A DNA stretch of 57,068 nucleotides from Candidatus Zixiibacteriota bacterium (GCA_029932605.1 JAOZPT010000011.1:1-57068), one strand, 5' to 3'; numbered from the stretch's first letter, positions 8,916-19,202 are shown. Numbers and translations are program-made. Notes: generated by a model not told the origin, from the sequence alone.

Positions 8916-10085
8916 ATGAAATATAACTGGAGAATATCAAAAAGAGTTTCACAGATACAAAAATCTGCCATCCATGAAATGACAAGGTTATCAAAAGAGG
9001 TGGAGGATGTGGCATTTTTATCCTGGGCCAAACCAACATCTGATACACCGGAACATATCAAAGAGGCTGCAATTTCTGCAATAAGAAACGGCTCTGTAGG
9101 CGGATATTCCGAAAATTCCGGTTTAGTTGAACTGCGTGAAGAGATTGTCAAAAAGCTCAAAAAAGATAACAATGTAAACGCCAATATTTCCCAGATATTG
9201 ATCACTGTAGGGGCTATTGAGGGGTTAGCCTCTGCTGTAATGGCTTTGGTTGATCCTGGTGATGAAGTCATTTTACCGTCACCAACCTATTCTACACATA
9301 TCCGTCAGGTTGTTATTGCTTCCGGAAAACCGGTTCTTGTCCCCACTATCGAGGAAGAAGGGTTTATTCTGGATATTGAGGGTATCAAGAAAGCAATAAC
9401 TCCAAAAACAAAAGCCATTATGTATTGTTCCCCAAACAACCCGACCGGAACAGTAATTGATGAGGAACAACTCCGTCAGTTAGCTGAGATTTCTTTAGAG
9501 AATAATCTAATGGTCATTACAGATGAAGCTTACGAATATTTTGTTTATGATGGCCACAAGCATTTTAGTATAGCCTCGATTCCCGAGATGAGCAAGAATG
9601 TGGTGAGTTGTTATACTTTTACAAAGACATATGCTATGACAGGCTGGCGTATCGGTTATTTACATGCCCATGAAGAATTGATTCCACAGATTGCTAAAGC
9701 ACATATTCCCTTTGCAATTTGTGCACCGGTGGTTTCTCAATATGCGGCGCTTGGAGCTTTGAAAGGTCCTCAGGATTGTGTCGTAAAATTCAGGGAGCAC
9801 TACTTGTCCACTCGTAATTTAATGTGTCAGCGCCTGGATGATCTCGATTCTGTTTTTGATTACCACAAACCAGAGGGTTCATACCTTATGTTTCCACGGA
9901 TATTATTAGATGAGGGCAGGGATTCGACGACTTTTTGCAAAAAGCTTTTAAAAGAGGCTAAAGTTTCAACAACGCCTGGAATAGCCTTTGGACCAACCGG
10001 CCAGAGGCACCTAAGGTTATCGTTCTGCGTCTCTGAGGAGGAGATAAATAAAGCGTTTGATAGAATGGAAACTTATTTTTTATAA
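8916..10085 (+). CDS. PLP-dependent aminotransferase class I/II
   Basis: SPNNPTG, DEAY, FTKTYAMTGWRIG (PLP Lys intact), LRLSF. Confidence 0.9.
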   Translation: MKYNWRISKRVSQIQKSAIHEMTRLSKEVEDVAFLSWAKPTSDTPEHIKEAAISAIRNGSVGGYSENSGLVELREEIVKKLKKDNNVNANISQILITVGAIEGLASAVMALVDPGDEVILPSPTYSTHIRQVVIASGKPVLVPTIEEEGFILDIEGIKKAITPKTKAIMYCSPNNPTGTVIDEEQLRQLAEISLENNLMVITDEAYEYFVYDGHKHFSIASIPEMSKNVVSCYTFTKTYAMTGWRIGYLHAHEELIPQIAKAHIPFAICAPVVSQYAALGALKGPQDCVVKFREHYLSTRNLMCQRLDDLDSVFDYHKPEGSYLMFPRILLDEGRDSTTFCKKLLKEAKVSTTPGIAFGPTGQRHLRLSFCVSEEEINKAFDRMETYFL

Positions 10086-10145
10086 TAAACTAAACGTTTA
10101 AAAAAATAAACAGAGGTAAATAAGCTTAAAGCCAGTTATAGTATA

Positions 10146-10991
10146 ATGAGAACATATCTTGACTGTATTCCCTGTTTCTTCAAGCAGGCACTTCGCGCCG
10201 GCCGATTGGCAACAGATGATGAAATGAAAATCAAAAAGCTTCTGGAGGAAGTGGGGGAGATGCTGAAAGATATTTCTATTGAAAGCACTCCACCGGAAAC
10301 CGGGGAATTGATATATGAGAAAGTTAGAGAAATTACCGGTAATGTTGATCCATACCTCGAAATAAAAAGAGAAAATACCCGAAAAGCCCTTACATTATAT
10401 AATCTTTTAAGGGAGAAAGTTGAAAAATCCAATGACGGGCTCCTTACAGCTATAAGGATAGCGATTGCCGGTAATGTGATGGACTTTGGCGTTAATGAAA
10501 ACTTTGATATAGAGCAAGAAACAGATGAAATACTCAGTAAAGATTTTGCGATATGTGATTACGATAAGTTTAAAAGCTATTTAGATGAAACTGATAAAGT
10601 ATTGTATATAGGTGATAATGCCGGGGAGTCTGTTTTCGATAGAATATTGATAGAGCGACTAAATAAGCCGGTGACATATATAGTTAGAGAAATACCCATT
10701 ATAAATGATGTGACATACAAGGATGCTCTACAGGCGGGCATCGATAAGGTGGCAACAATATTTTCCTCAGGAACAAGAGCGCCCGGCACTTTTCTTAAAA
10801 AATGTAGTAGAGAATTTATAGAGATGTTTAATAGTGCAAAATTTATAATAAGCAAGGGACAGGGAAATTATGAAGGGCTTTCAAATGAAAAACATCGCAT
10901 ATTTTTTCTATTAAAGGCAAAATGTTACGTTATTGCCAATGACATTGGCGTCAGTGAAGGCGATATCGTTTTAAAAGGAATAAATGTTTGA
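10146..10991 (+). CDS. DUF89/ARMT1-like damage-control phosphatase
   Basis: DCIPC, DPY..K, AIAGN.MD, GDNAGE, PIINDVT, SKGQGNYE, LKAKC. Confidence 0.88.
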   Translation: MRTYLDCIPCFFKQALRAGRLATDDEMKIKKLLEEVGEMLKDISIESTPPETGELIYEKVREITGNVDPYLEIKRENTRKALTLYNLLREKVEKSNDGLLTAIRIAIAGNVMDFGVNENFDIEQETDEILSKDFAICDYDKFKSYLDETDKVLYIGDNAGESVFDRILIERLNKPVTYIVREIPIINDVTYKDALQAGIDKVATIFSSGTRAPGTFLKKCSREFIEMFNSAKFIISKGQGNYEGLSNEKHRIFFLLKAKCYVIANDIGVSEGDIVLKGINV

Positions 10992-11357
10992 GTATTTGCG
11001 AAATGATCAAACCTCGATAATATTTTTGAATCTTTTAACCATCGTTCGGTTTCAGCGTTGAGCAGTTCTACACAACACTAATGAATGTTTTATTAATGTA
11101 CACTCATATTTTTGAATAAATAAATTTATCTAATCGTTGACGATTGTTGGTTGTTTTGAAAACGTTGCGGAGCGTATTGAACGTATTTTGCATCCTTGTA
11201 GTTGACAGACATTCTTGAATATAATAATTAAGGGATGTAAAAATGAAAAAACACTTTGAATTTTTTATTAATTAGACAATAATTGGGAAAAGAGATGCAG
11301 GTATAAGTTTGATTACTTAATACTTGGCAATTTGAAAGCATAAAAGAAGGTGATGAC

Positions 11358-11780
11358 ATGAAGGCGAAGATAAATCAGATTGATGGCCTGGCTTTGGCTG
11401 GAATAAGCGATTCGAATCATTGGATTACTATGGATGCTCCTGAAGACTTTGGTGGGTATCGTGCAGGATCCCGTCCCATGGAATTGATACTTGTAGGACT
11501 GGCTGGTTGCACGGCAATGGACGTGCTTTCAATCTTGAAAAAGAAACGCGTTAACTTGATTGATTTTAATATGGAGGTCGATGCTGAGAGAGCAGAGGAG
11601 CATCCAAAGGTGTTTACAAGAATAACACTTCATTATATTTTTATCGGTAAAGGTATTCGTCCTGTTGATGTTGAGCGGGCAATAAAATTAAGCGAGGAGA
11701 AATATTGTAGCGCTACAGCAATGCTTAGAAAAGCTGTTGATATAAAGCATGATTACAAGATAATAGAGCCCGACTTTTAA
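11358..11780 (+). CDS. OsmC family protein
   Basis: GSRPMEL...LAGCTAMDV...EKYCSAT. Confidence 0.9.
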   Translation: MKAKINQIDGLALAGISDSNHWITMDAPEDFGGYRAGSRPMELILVGLAGCTAMDVLSILKKKRVNLIDFNMEVDAERAEEHPKVFTRITLHYIFIGKGIRPVDVERAIKLSEEKYCSATAMLRKAVDIKHDYKIIEPDF

Positions 11781-11821
11781 GCATTGTTGTGTTTGATCTT
11801 ACGATAGTAAAGGGATAGATA

Positions 11822-12451
11822 GTGGCAAAGATAGAACCGTTTGAAGAGAATACATCAAGATATGAAGATTGGTTTGAAAAGAATAAATTTGCCTATTTAT
11901 CAGAACTGCAGGCGGTAAAGATACTATTACCTGAAATCGGGGATGGTGTTGAGATAGGCGTGGGGAGTGGTCGCTTTTCGGCTCCATTAGGGGTTAAATT
12001 TGGCGTTGAGCCCTCGGGACGTATGGGGAAAATTGCGAAACAGAGGGGAATTGAGGTTGTTGGAGGTGTTGCCGAGAATTTGCCTTTTGCTGATGGCAGG
12101 TTCGATTATGCACTTATGGTGACTACGATTTGTTTTTTAGATGATATCAAAATTGCTTTTTTAGAAACACGCAGAATACTCAAAACAGACGGGCAGTTTG
12201 TCATAGGATTTGTCGATAAGGGAAGTTCTCTTGGAAAAATGTATTATAAGCTTAAACGGGAAAATATATTTTACAGGATAGCAACTTTTTATTCTGTAGA
12301 TGAAGTTGTTTTTCATCTGGAGCAAGCTGGCTTTAAGTATTTCAGTTTTAACCAGACTATATTTCATGATCTGAACGAGCTAACGAAAATCGAGTCTATA
12401 AAAGAAGGTTTCGGAGAAGGTTCATTTGTTGTTATCAGGGTTAGTAAGTGA
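11822..12451 (+). CDS. Class I SAM-dependent methyltransferase
   Basis: YEDWF, EIGVGSGRF motif I, AENLPF, TTICF. Confidence 0.88.
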   Translation: MAKIEPFEENTSRYEDWFEKNKFAYLSELQAVKILLPEIGDGVEIGVGSGRFSAPLGVKFGVEPSGRMGKIAKQRGIEVVGGVAENLPFADGRFDYALMVTTICFLDDIKIAFLETRRILKTDGQFVIGFVDKGSSLGKMYYKLKRENIFYRIATFYSVDEVVFHLEQAGFKYFSFNQTIFHDLNELTKIESIKEGFGEGSFVVIRVSK

Positions 12452-12502
12452 GGTTTAGAGTAAGTGTTTAAAGTAAGTGTAAAGTAAAGAGGGGGAATTT
12501 AT

Positions 12503-13522
12503 ATGCTAGGCATTTTTAATACCGCATTGTTGATTACCGGTTTTGTTTTTATGATGATGTTAGTTATCGAATACCTCAATGTTTTAACCCGAGGTGCTTG
12601 GCAACGTGGCTTAAGCAAACATAAGTGGGCACAGTATATCATAGCTGTACTTTTGGCTGGCTCCCCTGGTTGTTTAGGAGCGTTTGCGGTGGTGGCTATG
12701 TATTCCCACGGTGTTGTGACTATCGGGGCTATAGTAGCCGCCATGATTGCTACCAGCGGTGATGAAGCGTTTGTAATGTTTGCTGTATTTCCCGGGAAGG
12801 CTTTTGTATTAACAGGGGTTTTAATCGGCATAGGATTGATAACCGGATGGCTGGTTGATGTCTTTGTAGGCAAGCGGGTTGCCGATAAGCTTAAAGCCTG
12901 TAAGAAGCTTGAAATCCATGAGTTGGAAACCTGCGAATGCTTTCCCAAAGATAAAATCGTCAAGCAATGGCAACAGCTTTCACTTGCTAGGGGAGTTCTT
13001 ACGGGAGTTCTGCTCTTGTTTGTTTTGGGTATTGTCACCGGTTCGGTTGGACCCCAGACATGGGACTGGAAGAAAATTACCATTGTCATATCCAGCTTAG
13101 TTGGATTATTCATAGTTGTCACAGTTTCAGAACACTTCCTTCAGGAGCATCTCTGGAAGCATTTAGCCCTGAAACACTTGCACAGTATTTTCCTCTGGAC
13201 ATTTGGAGCTCTTTTGGTAACTCATCTTATATCAAATTATCTTCACCTTGAAAATGTCATCCAAGCAAATTTACTTTTGGTGGTTATAGTTGCCTGTCTG
13301 ATTGGGATTATTCCCGAATCCGGTCCTCATATGATTTTTGTTACTCTTTTCAGCCAGGGGTTAATTCCTTTTAGTGTTTTATTGGCCAGTTCAATCGTTC
13401 AGGATGGTCACGGTATGCTTCCCCTATTGGCTCATTCGAGACGTGTGTTTATATTTGTTAAGGCAGTTAATTTAGCAATTGGTTTGACAATTGGACTTTT
13501 AGGTTGTTTTATAGGTTTGTGA
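12503..13522 (+). CDS. Multi-pass membrane protein, putative manganese/metalloid permease family
   Basis: About 10 hydrophobic segments; PGCLGAF, ATSGDEA, IPESGPH, QDGHGMLPLL. Confidence 0.7.
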   Translation: MLGIFNTALLITGFVFMMMLVIEYLNVLTRGAWQRGLSKHKWAQYIIAVLLAGSPGCLGAFAVVAMYSHGVVTIGAIVAAMIATSGDEAFVMFAVFPGKAFVLTGVLIGIGLITGWLVDVFVGKRVADKLKACKKLEIHELETCECFPKDKIVKQWQQLSLARGVLTGVLLLFVLGIVTGSVGPQTWDWKKITIVISSLVGLFIVVTVSEHFLQEHLWKHLALKHLHSIFLWTFGALLVTHLISNYLHLENVIQANLLLVVIVACLIGIIPESGPHMIFVTLFSQGLIPFSVLLASSIVQDGHGMLPLLAHSRRVFIFVKAVNLAIGLTIGLLGCFIGL

Positions 13523-13572
13523 TGCTTATCTTAAGTGGCCAAAATACAGCGTGGAAGTAGAAAGGAATAGAA

Positions 13573-14499
13573 ATGTACACCTATGGTCCAGTTCCCTCGC
13601 GAAGGCTGGGGCGCTCCTTGGGTGTAAGCCCGATTCCACCAAAAACATGCTCTTATTCCTGTGTTTATTGTCAGCTGGGAAGAACTAAGAATCTTACGAT
13701 TGAAAGAAAAAGTTATTTTCCAAAAGATGATATTCTCTCTGAAATTTTAAAGAACGCCGGCGGTTCCAAGCCGGATTATATCACTTTTGCCGGTGATGGC
13801 GAGCCTACTTTATGCCAAGATTTGGGCTGGCTTATAAATAAAACCAAGGAAAGGTTGCGCTTGCCGATAGCTGTAATTACCAACGGTTCTCTACTGTTTC
13901 TTAAGGATGTAAGACGAGATTTAAAAGAGGCTGATGTAGTGCTTCCAACCTTGGATGCAGGAAACGAAAAAGTATTCCGGCATACAAACAGGCCTCATGG
14001 CGATATCGGTTTTTACACTATGTTGGGTGGGCAGATAGATTTTCGGCATGATTATGCCGGGCAGATATGGCTGGAGGTTATGCTTGTGAGCGGGTTGAAC
14101 GATTCAGAGGAAGAGCTAAGTAACATCAAGCAGGCCGTTGATATGATAAAGCCGGATAGAGTTTATGTTGTAACCCCGATTCGTCCCCCGGCTGAATCGT
14201 GGGTAAAACCATCGTCTCCAGAAAATATTCTGAAGGCTCAAAAAATTCTTGGCAAGGTTGAATCGCTTGTGGGTTTAGAGTCAGGTGAATTTGGTTTACA
14301 CGAATTTTCAAATGCCCGTCAGGCTATACTTGAGATCGGGTCACGCCATCCCCTGCGCTGGGAACAGGCAGTAGATATCGAGAATGCGTTCTCTGAGCCG
14401 AATACAATCAATCAAATGCTTGAGGGGAAAAAACTTGTTAAGGTTAATTTCAATAATAGCTGGTACCTGCTTCCTGGACATTTTGTCAGAGGGGAATAA
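13573..14499 (+). CDS. Radical SAM protein (COG0731-like)
   Basis: YGPVPSRRLGRSLG, CSYSCVYC, GDGEPT, ITNGSL. Confidence 0.88.
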   Translation: MYTYGPVPSRRLGRSLGVSPIPPKTCSYSCVYCQLGRTKNLTIERKSYFPKDDILSEILKNAGGSKPDYITFAGDGEPTLCQDLGWLINKTKERLRLPIAVITNGSLLFLKDVRRDLKEADVVLPTLDAGNEKVFRHTNRPHGDIGFYTMLGGQIDFRHDYAGQIWLEVMLVSGLNDSEEELSNIKQAVDMIKPDRVYVVTPIRPPAESWVKPSSPENILKAQKILGKVESLVGLESGEFGLHEFSNARQAILEIGSRHPLRWEQAVDIENAFSEPNTINQMLEGKKLVKVNFNNSWYLLPGHFVRGE

Positions 14500-14584
14500 A
14501 CCCGTTTTAATCAATAAAAAAAACGGCTATTTCTATTATTTGTAAGCCCAGATCAGGGCTTCTCTATATGGTTCTATAAATGAG

Positions 14585-14615
14585 ATTAAAGGGAGTTACC
14601 GAAACTCCCTTTAAT
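14585..14615. terminator. Bidirectional intrinsic terminator-like hairpin between convergent genes
   Basis: ATTAAAGGGAGTT-ACCGA-AACTCCCTTTAAT, 13-bp perfect inverted repeat. Confidence 0.65.
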
Positions 14616-14682
14616 AAAAGCTTGAGATTAATGAATAGACCTTCCAGCGGGAAGGGTTTAATTAGAAATTTAATCTGTGGAA

Positions 14683-15036
14683 TTACTTTCTTCTGCCGAT
14701 TTCTCTCATTTTCTTTTTGAGGTCGGGATTCTCAGCCATTTTTTCAAGCATTGTCTCGCCCATTCCCTCATATTCAAGCAGTTTTTCAAACAGCACGTCG
14801 CGGTTTGCGGGTGATTCTACGAGCCGATCCATTATATTGTTAACCCAGATGGTATCAGCCAGAAGATTATCGACCATTTCAGCTTTGAACTCTTCGTCGT
14901 TGACCAGCTTTTCTATAAGGTAGCTTTTCATTTCAGGGGTTGCCAGTATTTGGTCAAGTGCCTTTTGTTTTTCGCAACCAGCGAAAAATGCCACCAAAAC
15001 GGCGATAGCAATTAATCCGAGAATTAGTCTTTTCAA
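14683..15036 (-). CDS. Predicted lipoprotein with 14-aa helical repeats
   Basis: Signal peptide ending FFAG-C lipobox; SD GGAGG before TTG; periodic helical body. Confidence 0.75.
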   Translation of the reverse strand: MKRLILGLIAIAVLVAFFAGCEKQKALDQILATPEMKSYLIEKLVNDEEFKAEMVDNLLADTIWVNNIMDRLVESPANRDVLFEKLLEYEGMGETMLEKMAENPDLKKKMREIGRRK

Positions 15037-15162
15037 TTTTTCCTCCCTTAAAATTCAACTTTTTCCTTCTGAACACATTTTATAAATATTAATGGGATAT
15101 GTGTCAAGCTAAAATTCGATTGATATGTATACAGAATATCATGTATTCGAAGTTGATTGTCG

Positions 15163-15650
15163 ATGTCAGATAGTGATAAGCAAATAGCCTTAGAAGAGTT
15201 AAATCATTTTCGTTGTGGTAAAAAACTAAGGTTTTCAAAAGAGAGGATAACAGTTCTTAAGAAGGTGATGGTCGCTTAAGGACATCTTGAGGCTGATGAC
15301 CTTCTTAGCTATTTTAAAAAATACAAGGTGTTAAAACTTCAAGAGCGATAGTCTATAGGACACTGATGCTGTTAGGGCAATCGGATATTTTACGCAGGAT
15401 TTATTTTGGAGCAGGGGTAATACATCTTGAAAAAGTGTCAGCCGGACACATGCATTATTATATGATATACAAAAACTGCGGGATCGGTTACGGATTTCAC
15501 CATCCTGAGTCACAAGCGTTTTTGAGACAACCTTGTGAAAAATCTAATTTTGTCATTAGCGACTACTGTTTTCAGATATTCGGGATATGTTCTGATTGTC
15601 GTAGGAGAGAAATTAAACATAAATGGGACGTTCGCAATAAAAACGTTTAA
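15163..15650 (+). pseudogene. Fur/PerR/Zur-family regulator pseudogene
   Basis: LRFSKER...A*GHLEADDL (TAA 15277-15279); frameshift near the A-run at about 15315; then GVKTSRAIVYRTL...HMHYYMIYKNCG...QIFGICSDC. Confidence 0.8.
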
Positions 15651-15725
15651 AGAAAGTAAGCCAGAGTTGTAGTTAACCTATATCTTTTTATAAAGTACAA
15701 ATTTTCCGTTAAGGTCTGTATGATG

Positions 15726-16964
15726 TTATCTTTTCGGTTCTTCAAGTTGCTTGATATAAAGATAGGATATTAGTAGGCCAATAAAGGTTGTGAAGAATAA
15801 TATCCAGAAATTAAAAATCTCCAAAATAAGCCCGCCAATGCTTGATAAGAACACAGTGGGAGCAATGAGTGTATGAACTAATCCAACCGAGATCGGCCTG
15901 CTTTTTTCGGGGGCTATTTCCAACAGGTAGTTTGTATATCCCATTGAGGTTCCACTTAGGGCTGCTCCGTTAAAGAAGAAAGCTAGGCCAAAGATGAAAT
16001 AACCCGGGTTTATATTCAGTGATACAAAGCCGATTATGGGGGGGATGAAGGCGCAAATGGTGGAGATTTTCAGGAGACGCTTGTTGGAGACATGGTTGGA
16101 CAGCCATGCCCAAAGAAAGTTTAATCCAAGGTAACCGACCATTTCAAAGGAGAGGTAAGTAGCAGCCATAGCTTTAGATATCCCCAGTTGTTGATTAGCC
16201 AATATCACATAAAATGGACCTGCTAACAAAATGGCGTTAGATAAAAATCTGGCGACCACCAAGCGCTGGATGTTTGAATCTTTTTTTAGCAATTTTAAAC
16301 CATTAGATAAATTTTCTTTAAACTTTCTTTTTGGTATTTGTACTGGCAATGGTTTTTCCTTAACCAGGGCAAAACATGAAAGGCCGATAATTATGGCTAA
16401 AAGGGCGATGGTAAAAACGTAGCCAAAATTAGCCGGATAGGAGTAACAGTCTATAATCTTTTTAACAAGTGGGGCTGATATAACAGCTAAGAACCCGCCT
16501 AAAAACATCCTCAAGCCAAAAAACGTTCCCCTTTTGGAAGTGGGGATCATCTTGCCTACTATCTCCATAAATGATATTCCTGCCAGACCAGAGGATAAAG
16601 AAAAAGCTGTAAATAATATTCCAAAGGCAATAAGTAAAAGACCGTGGTTGGTATCCTTAATTAAAAATATTAAACCTATTGCAGAAGCAAAAGTGATACT
16701 CCTTACTACTGAGTTTCTGTTATAAAATCCGAGTACTAACGGTCTTCCGACAATTAAAGCTCCCGCAAATAGCTGAGGGAAATACCAACCAAAAGCCTCT
16801 AAAGAGGAGAAAGCGCCAATTATTATGTTAGATTTAGTTAAACCAGATATAAAAAGAGGGATTACGGTAGCTCCACTTACGAATGCTAAAGCTAAGGTAA
16901 AAAAGATGCCGTTTATGACGCCGAGAGTCATATTTTGGCCAAGATGTTCGTAGGTGTTTTTCAC
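15726..16964 (-). CDS. MFS transporter
   Basis: About 12 TM segments; IPTSKRGTFFG, LLEIAPEKSRP. Confidence 0.85.
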   Translation of the reverse strand: MKNTYEHLGQNMTLGVINGIFFTLALAFVSGATVIPLFISGLTKSNIIIGAFSSLEAFGWYFPQLFAGALIVGRPLVLGFYNRNSVVRSITFASAIGLIFLIKDTNHGLLLIAFGILFTAFSLSSGLAGISFMEIVGKMIPTSKRGTFFGLRMFLGGFLAVISAPLVKKIIDCYSYPANFGYVFTIALLAIIIGLSCFALVKEKPLPVQIPKRKFKENLSNGLKLLKKDSNIQRLVVARFLSNAILLAGPFYVILANQQLGISKAMAATYLSFEMVGYLGLNFLWAWLSNHVSNKRLLKISTICAFIPPIIGFVSLNINPGYFIFGLAFFFNGAALSGTSMGYTNYLLEIAPEKSRPISVGLVHTLIAPTVFLSSIGGLILEIFNFWILFFTTFIGLLISYLYIKQLEEPKR

Positions 16965-17006
16965 GGCGTTAAGTTATGAGCACAACCGGGCAAGTCAAGG
17001 AAAAGA

Positions 17007-17035
17007 TTGACCGCACATTGGCATAACCGTATATT
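17007..17035 (+). promoter_or_regulatory. sigma70-like promoter of the ecfT-truA operon, leaderless geometry
   Basis: TTGACC-N17-TATATT, then 6 nt, then ATG 17042. Confidence 0.55.
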
Positions 17036-17038
17036 TAA

Positions 17039-17818
17039 ATGATGAAATTTTTTGGGTACAACCCCGGTAGCAGGCTTGCCTTGGTTACGGCTGATGTTAA
17101 GGTTGTTTGGGCATTAGGAATTTCAATTGGGATTCTTCTATCAGATTCGGGAGTTGTTCAGCTTGTTTTGGGCTCGATTTTACTCGGTATCACGTTTTAT
17201 GCAGGGATGAATTTAATCGAACTTGCAGGTTACCTTAAGCTATTTTTACCGGTATTTTTGATAATTTTTTTACTGCATTTGTTTTACCAGCCGGGAGGAA
17301 CCATATTACAGGTATGGTTCTTAGAGGCTACCGATAAAGGTTTGAAAGCAGGTTTGTTCAATCTCTTGAGGTTTATCAACTTCATCCTTTTAGCAATATG
17401 TTTTTTTTCAACGACTTCTCCGGTTGAGTTTATCCAGAGTATTTTCAGATTAAGTAAACCGATATCGGGTTCAGGTCCTGTTAAGAAGAGGTTTTTTAAG
17501 GATATGGTTCTTACGTTTTTTGTAGCCCTGAGATTTGTGCCGGTCTTAACTCAAGAAACCAGGATAGTAAAGATGGCAATGATTTCCAGGGGAGCAGATT
17601 TTAGACATGGCCTGGTGAATAAAATAAAAACCAATTTTATGCTAATACTACCTCTTTTTTTAAGGGTGTTAAACCAATCAAATGATGTAGCCGCTGCCCT
17701 CGCCTTGAAAGGTTACAGAGGAGAATATCTTGCTATAAATAGAAATTCATTAAAAGGCAGAGACATTTTATTGATAATTATAGCTTTAATATTGACGTGT
17801 ATCCTGGTTCTGTTATGA
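17039..17818 (+). CDS. ecfT: ECF transporter transmembrane component T (CbiQ/EcfT)
   Basis: TM helices, TTSP, ALRFVP, AMISRG, ALALKGY; true start may be 17042. Confidence 0.8.
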   Translation: MMKFFGYNPGSRLALVTADVKVVWALGISIGILLSDSGVVQLVLGSILLGITFYAGMNLIELAGYLKLFLPVFLIIFLLHLFYQPGGTILQVWFLEATDKGLKAGLFNLLRFINFILLAICFFSTTSPVEFIQSIFRLSKPISGSGPVKKRFFKDMVLTFFVALRFVPVLTQETRIVKMAMISRGADFRHGLVNKIKTNFMLILPLFLRVLNQSNDVAAALALKGYRGEYLAINRNSLKGRDILLIIIALILTCILVLL

Positions 17819-18558
17819 GCGGATTTTATTATAAGATGATAGTTGAGTATGACGGCACAAATTTTTCGGGGTGGCAGATTCAGCCACGGAAACGCACAGT
17901 TCAAGCTGTCTTGAAGGATGCCATTGAAAAATATACCAGACAGAGGGTTAGGTTAACCGGAGCAGGCCGGACTGATGCTGGTGTGCATGCTACCGGGCAG
18001 GTTTGCTCATTTGGCCTGCTTAAAAAAATGCCGGTTGATGAATTATATTATCGTATTAACAGAATCCTGCCAGATGATATCGGGGTAAAAGAGATTGTCA
18101 ATGTTTCTGATGGTTTTGATCCGCGTCGCGATGCCATATGGCGCAAATACAGATATTACATATCTGAATATCCACAGCCACTTGTAAGGTATTATCAGTA
18201 TCAATATCGTAGGAGGTTAAATATTGATATACTTAATAAAGCGGCTCGATTATTTTTAGGTTGTCATGATTTTACTGCTTTTTGTAAAAGAAAATCCTTA
18301 AAAGAGAGAAGTTATTGTAAGGTTTATGTATCCCGATGGTTTCGTTATGGGGGAGCATTGATATATGAGATTATAGCTGATAGGTTTTTGCATCATATGG
18401 TACGGCGAATAGTCGGGGTGATGCTTGCGGTTGAGAATGCAAAATTGAACTTGACACATATTAAAATGTTTTTGGATAATAAAGATAATGTGCGTTTTAG
18501 CATTCCGGCATGTGGTTTGGTTTTAACCGAGGTTAGATATAGAAAGGATAAAAAATGA
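17815..18558 (+). CDS. truA: tRNA pseudouridine(38-40) synthase
   Basis: [34 protein letters not shown]. Confidence 0.95.
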   Translation: MSGFYYKMIVEYDGTNFSGWQIQPRKRTVQAVLKDAIEKYTRQRVRLTGAGRTDAGVHATGQVCSFGLLKKMPVDELYYRINRILPDDIGVKEIVNVSDGFDPRRDAIWRKYRYYISEYPQPLVRYYQYQYRRRLNIDILNKAARLFLGCHDFTAFCKRKSLKERSYCKVYVSRWFRYGGALIYEIIADRFLHHMVRRIVGVMLAVENAKLNLTHIKMFLDNKDNVRFSIPACGLVLTEVRYRKDKK

Positions 18559-19202
18559 AAGTTTTTATCGACACCGCAAATATCGATGAGATTAAAAGGG
18601 CAGCAGAGCTTGGTCTTCTTGATGGCGTAACCACAAACCCAACTCTATTATCAAGGGAAAAGGGTAATTTCAGGGATAATTTGAAAAGCATATGTGAAAT
18701 CGTTGATGGACCGGTTTCTGCCGAGGTAACCGCGCTGGATGCTGATAATATGGTGCTTCAGGCGGAAGATCTCAGCCGGATACATAAAAATATTGTCATC
18801 AAGATACCTTCCACACGCGATGGTTTAATTGCTACGAAGCAGTTGAAAGGGAAGGGGATTCGGGTTAATATGACTCTTTGTTTCTCGCCTTTACAGGCGC
18901 TTTTAGCAGCAAAAGCAGGTGCTACCTTTATATCACCTTTTGTGGGCAGACTTGATGATGTCAGCCATGTGGGTATGGAAGTTGTCGAGCAGATCATTCA
19001 AATATATGAAAATTATGGTTATGAGACAGAGGTTTTAGTTGCCTCCGTGCGCAACCCCCTTCATGTTGTTGAAGCAGCCCTTATGGGTGCCGATATCGTT
19101 ACCATGCCTTTTAAGGTAATAGAGCAGATCGTCAAACATCCATTGACCGATGTCGGCATCAAGAAATTTTTAGCTGATTGGGAGAAGGTGAAAAAAGATT
19201 AG
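18555..19202 (+). CDS. fsa: Transaldolase / fructose-6-phosphate aldolase family
   Basis: FIDTA, GVTTNPT, VIKIP, NMTLCFS, SPFVGR. Confidence 0.92.
   Translation: MKVFIDTANIDEIKRAAELGLLDGVTTNPTLLSREKGNFRDNLKSICEIVDGPVSAEVTALDADNMVLQAEDLSRIHKNIVIKIPSTRDGLIATKQLKGKGIRVNMTLCFSPLQALLAAKAGATFISPFVGRLDDVSHVGMEVVEQIIQIYENYGYETEVLVASVRNPLHVVEAALMGADIVTMPFKVIEQIVKHPLTDVGIKKFLADWEKVKKD

Noticed and set aside
10992..11357. 366-bp intergenic gap as a possible ncRNA or gene remnant
   Set aside because: No recognisable ORF or RNA structure by eye; an Infernal/Rfam scan would be needed
11358..13522. Additional selenoproteins among OsmC, methyltransferase and permease genes
   Set aside because: Cys motifs are encoded by Cys codons and stops fall at expected C-termini
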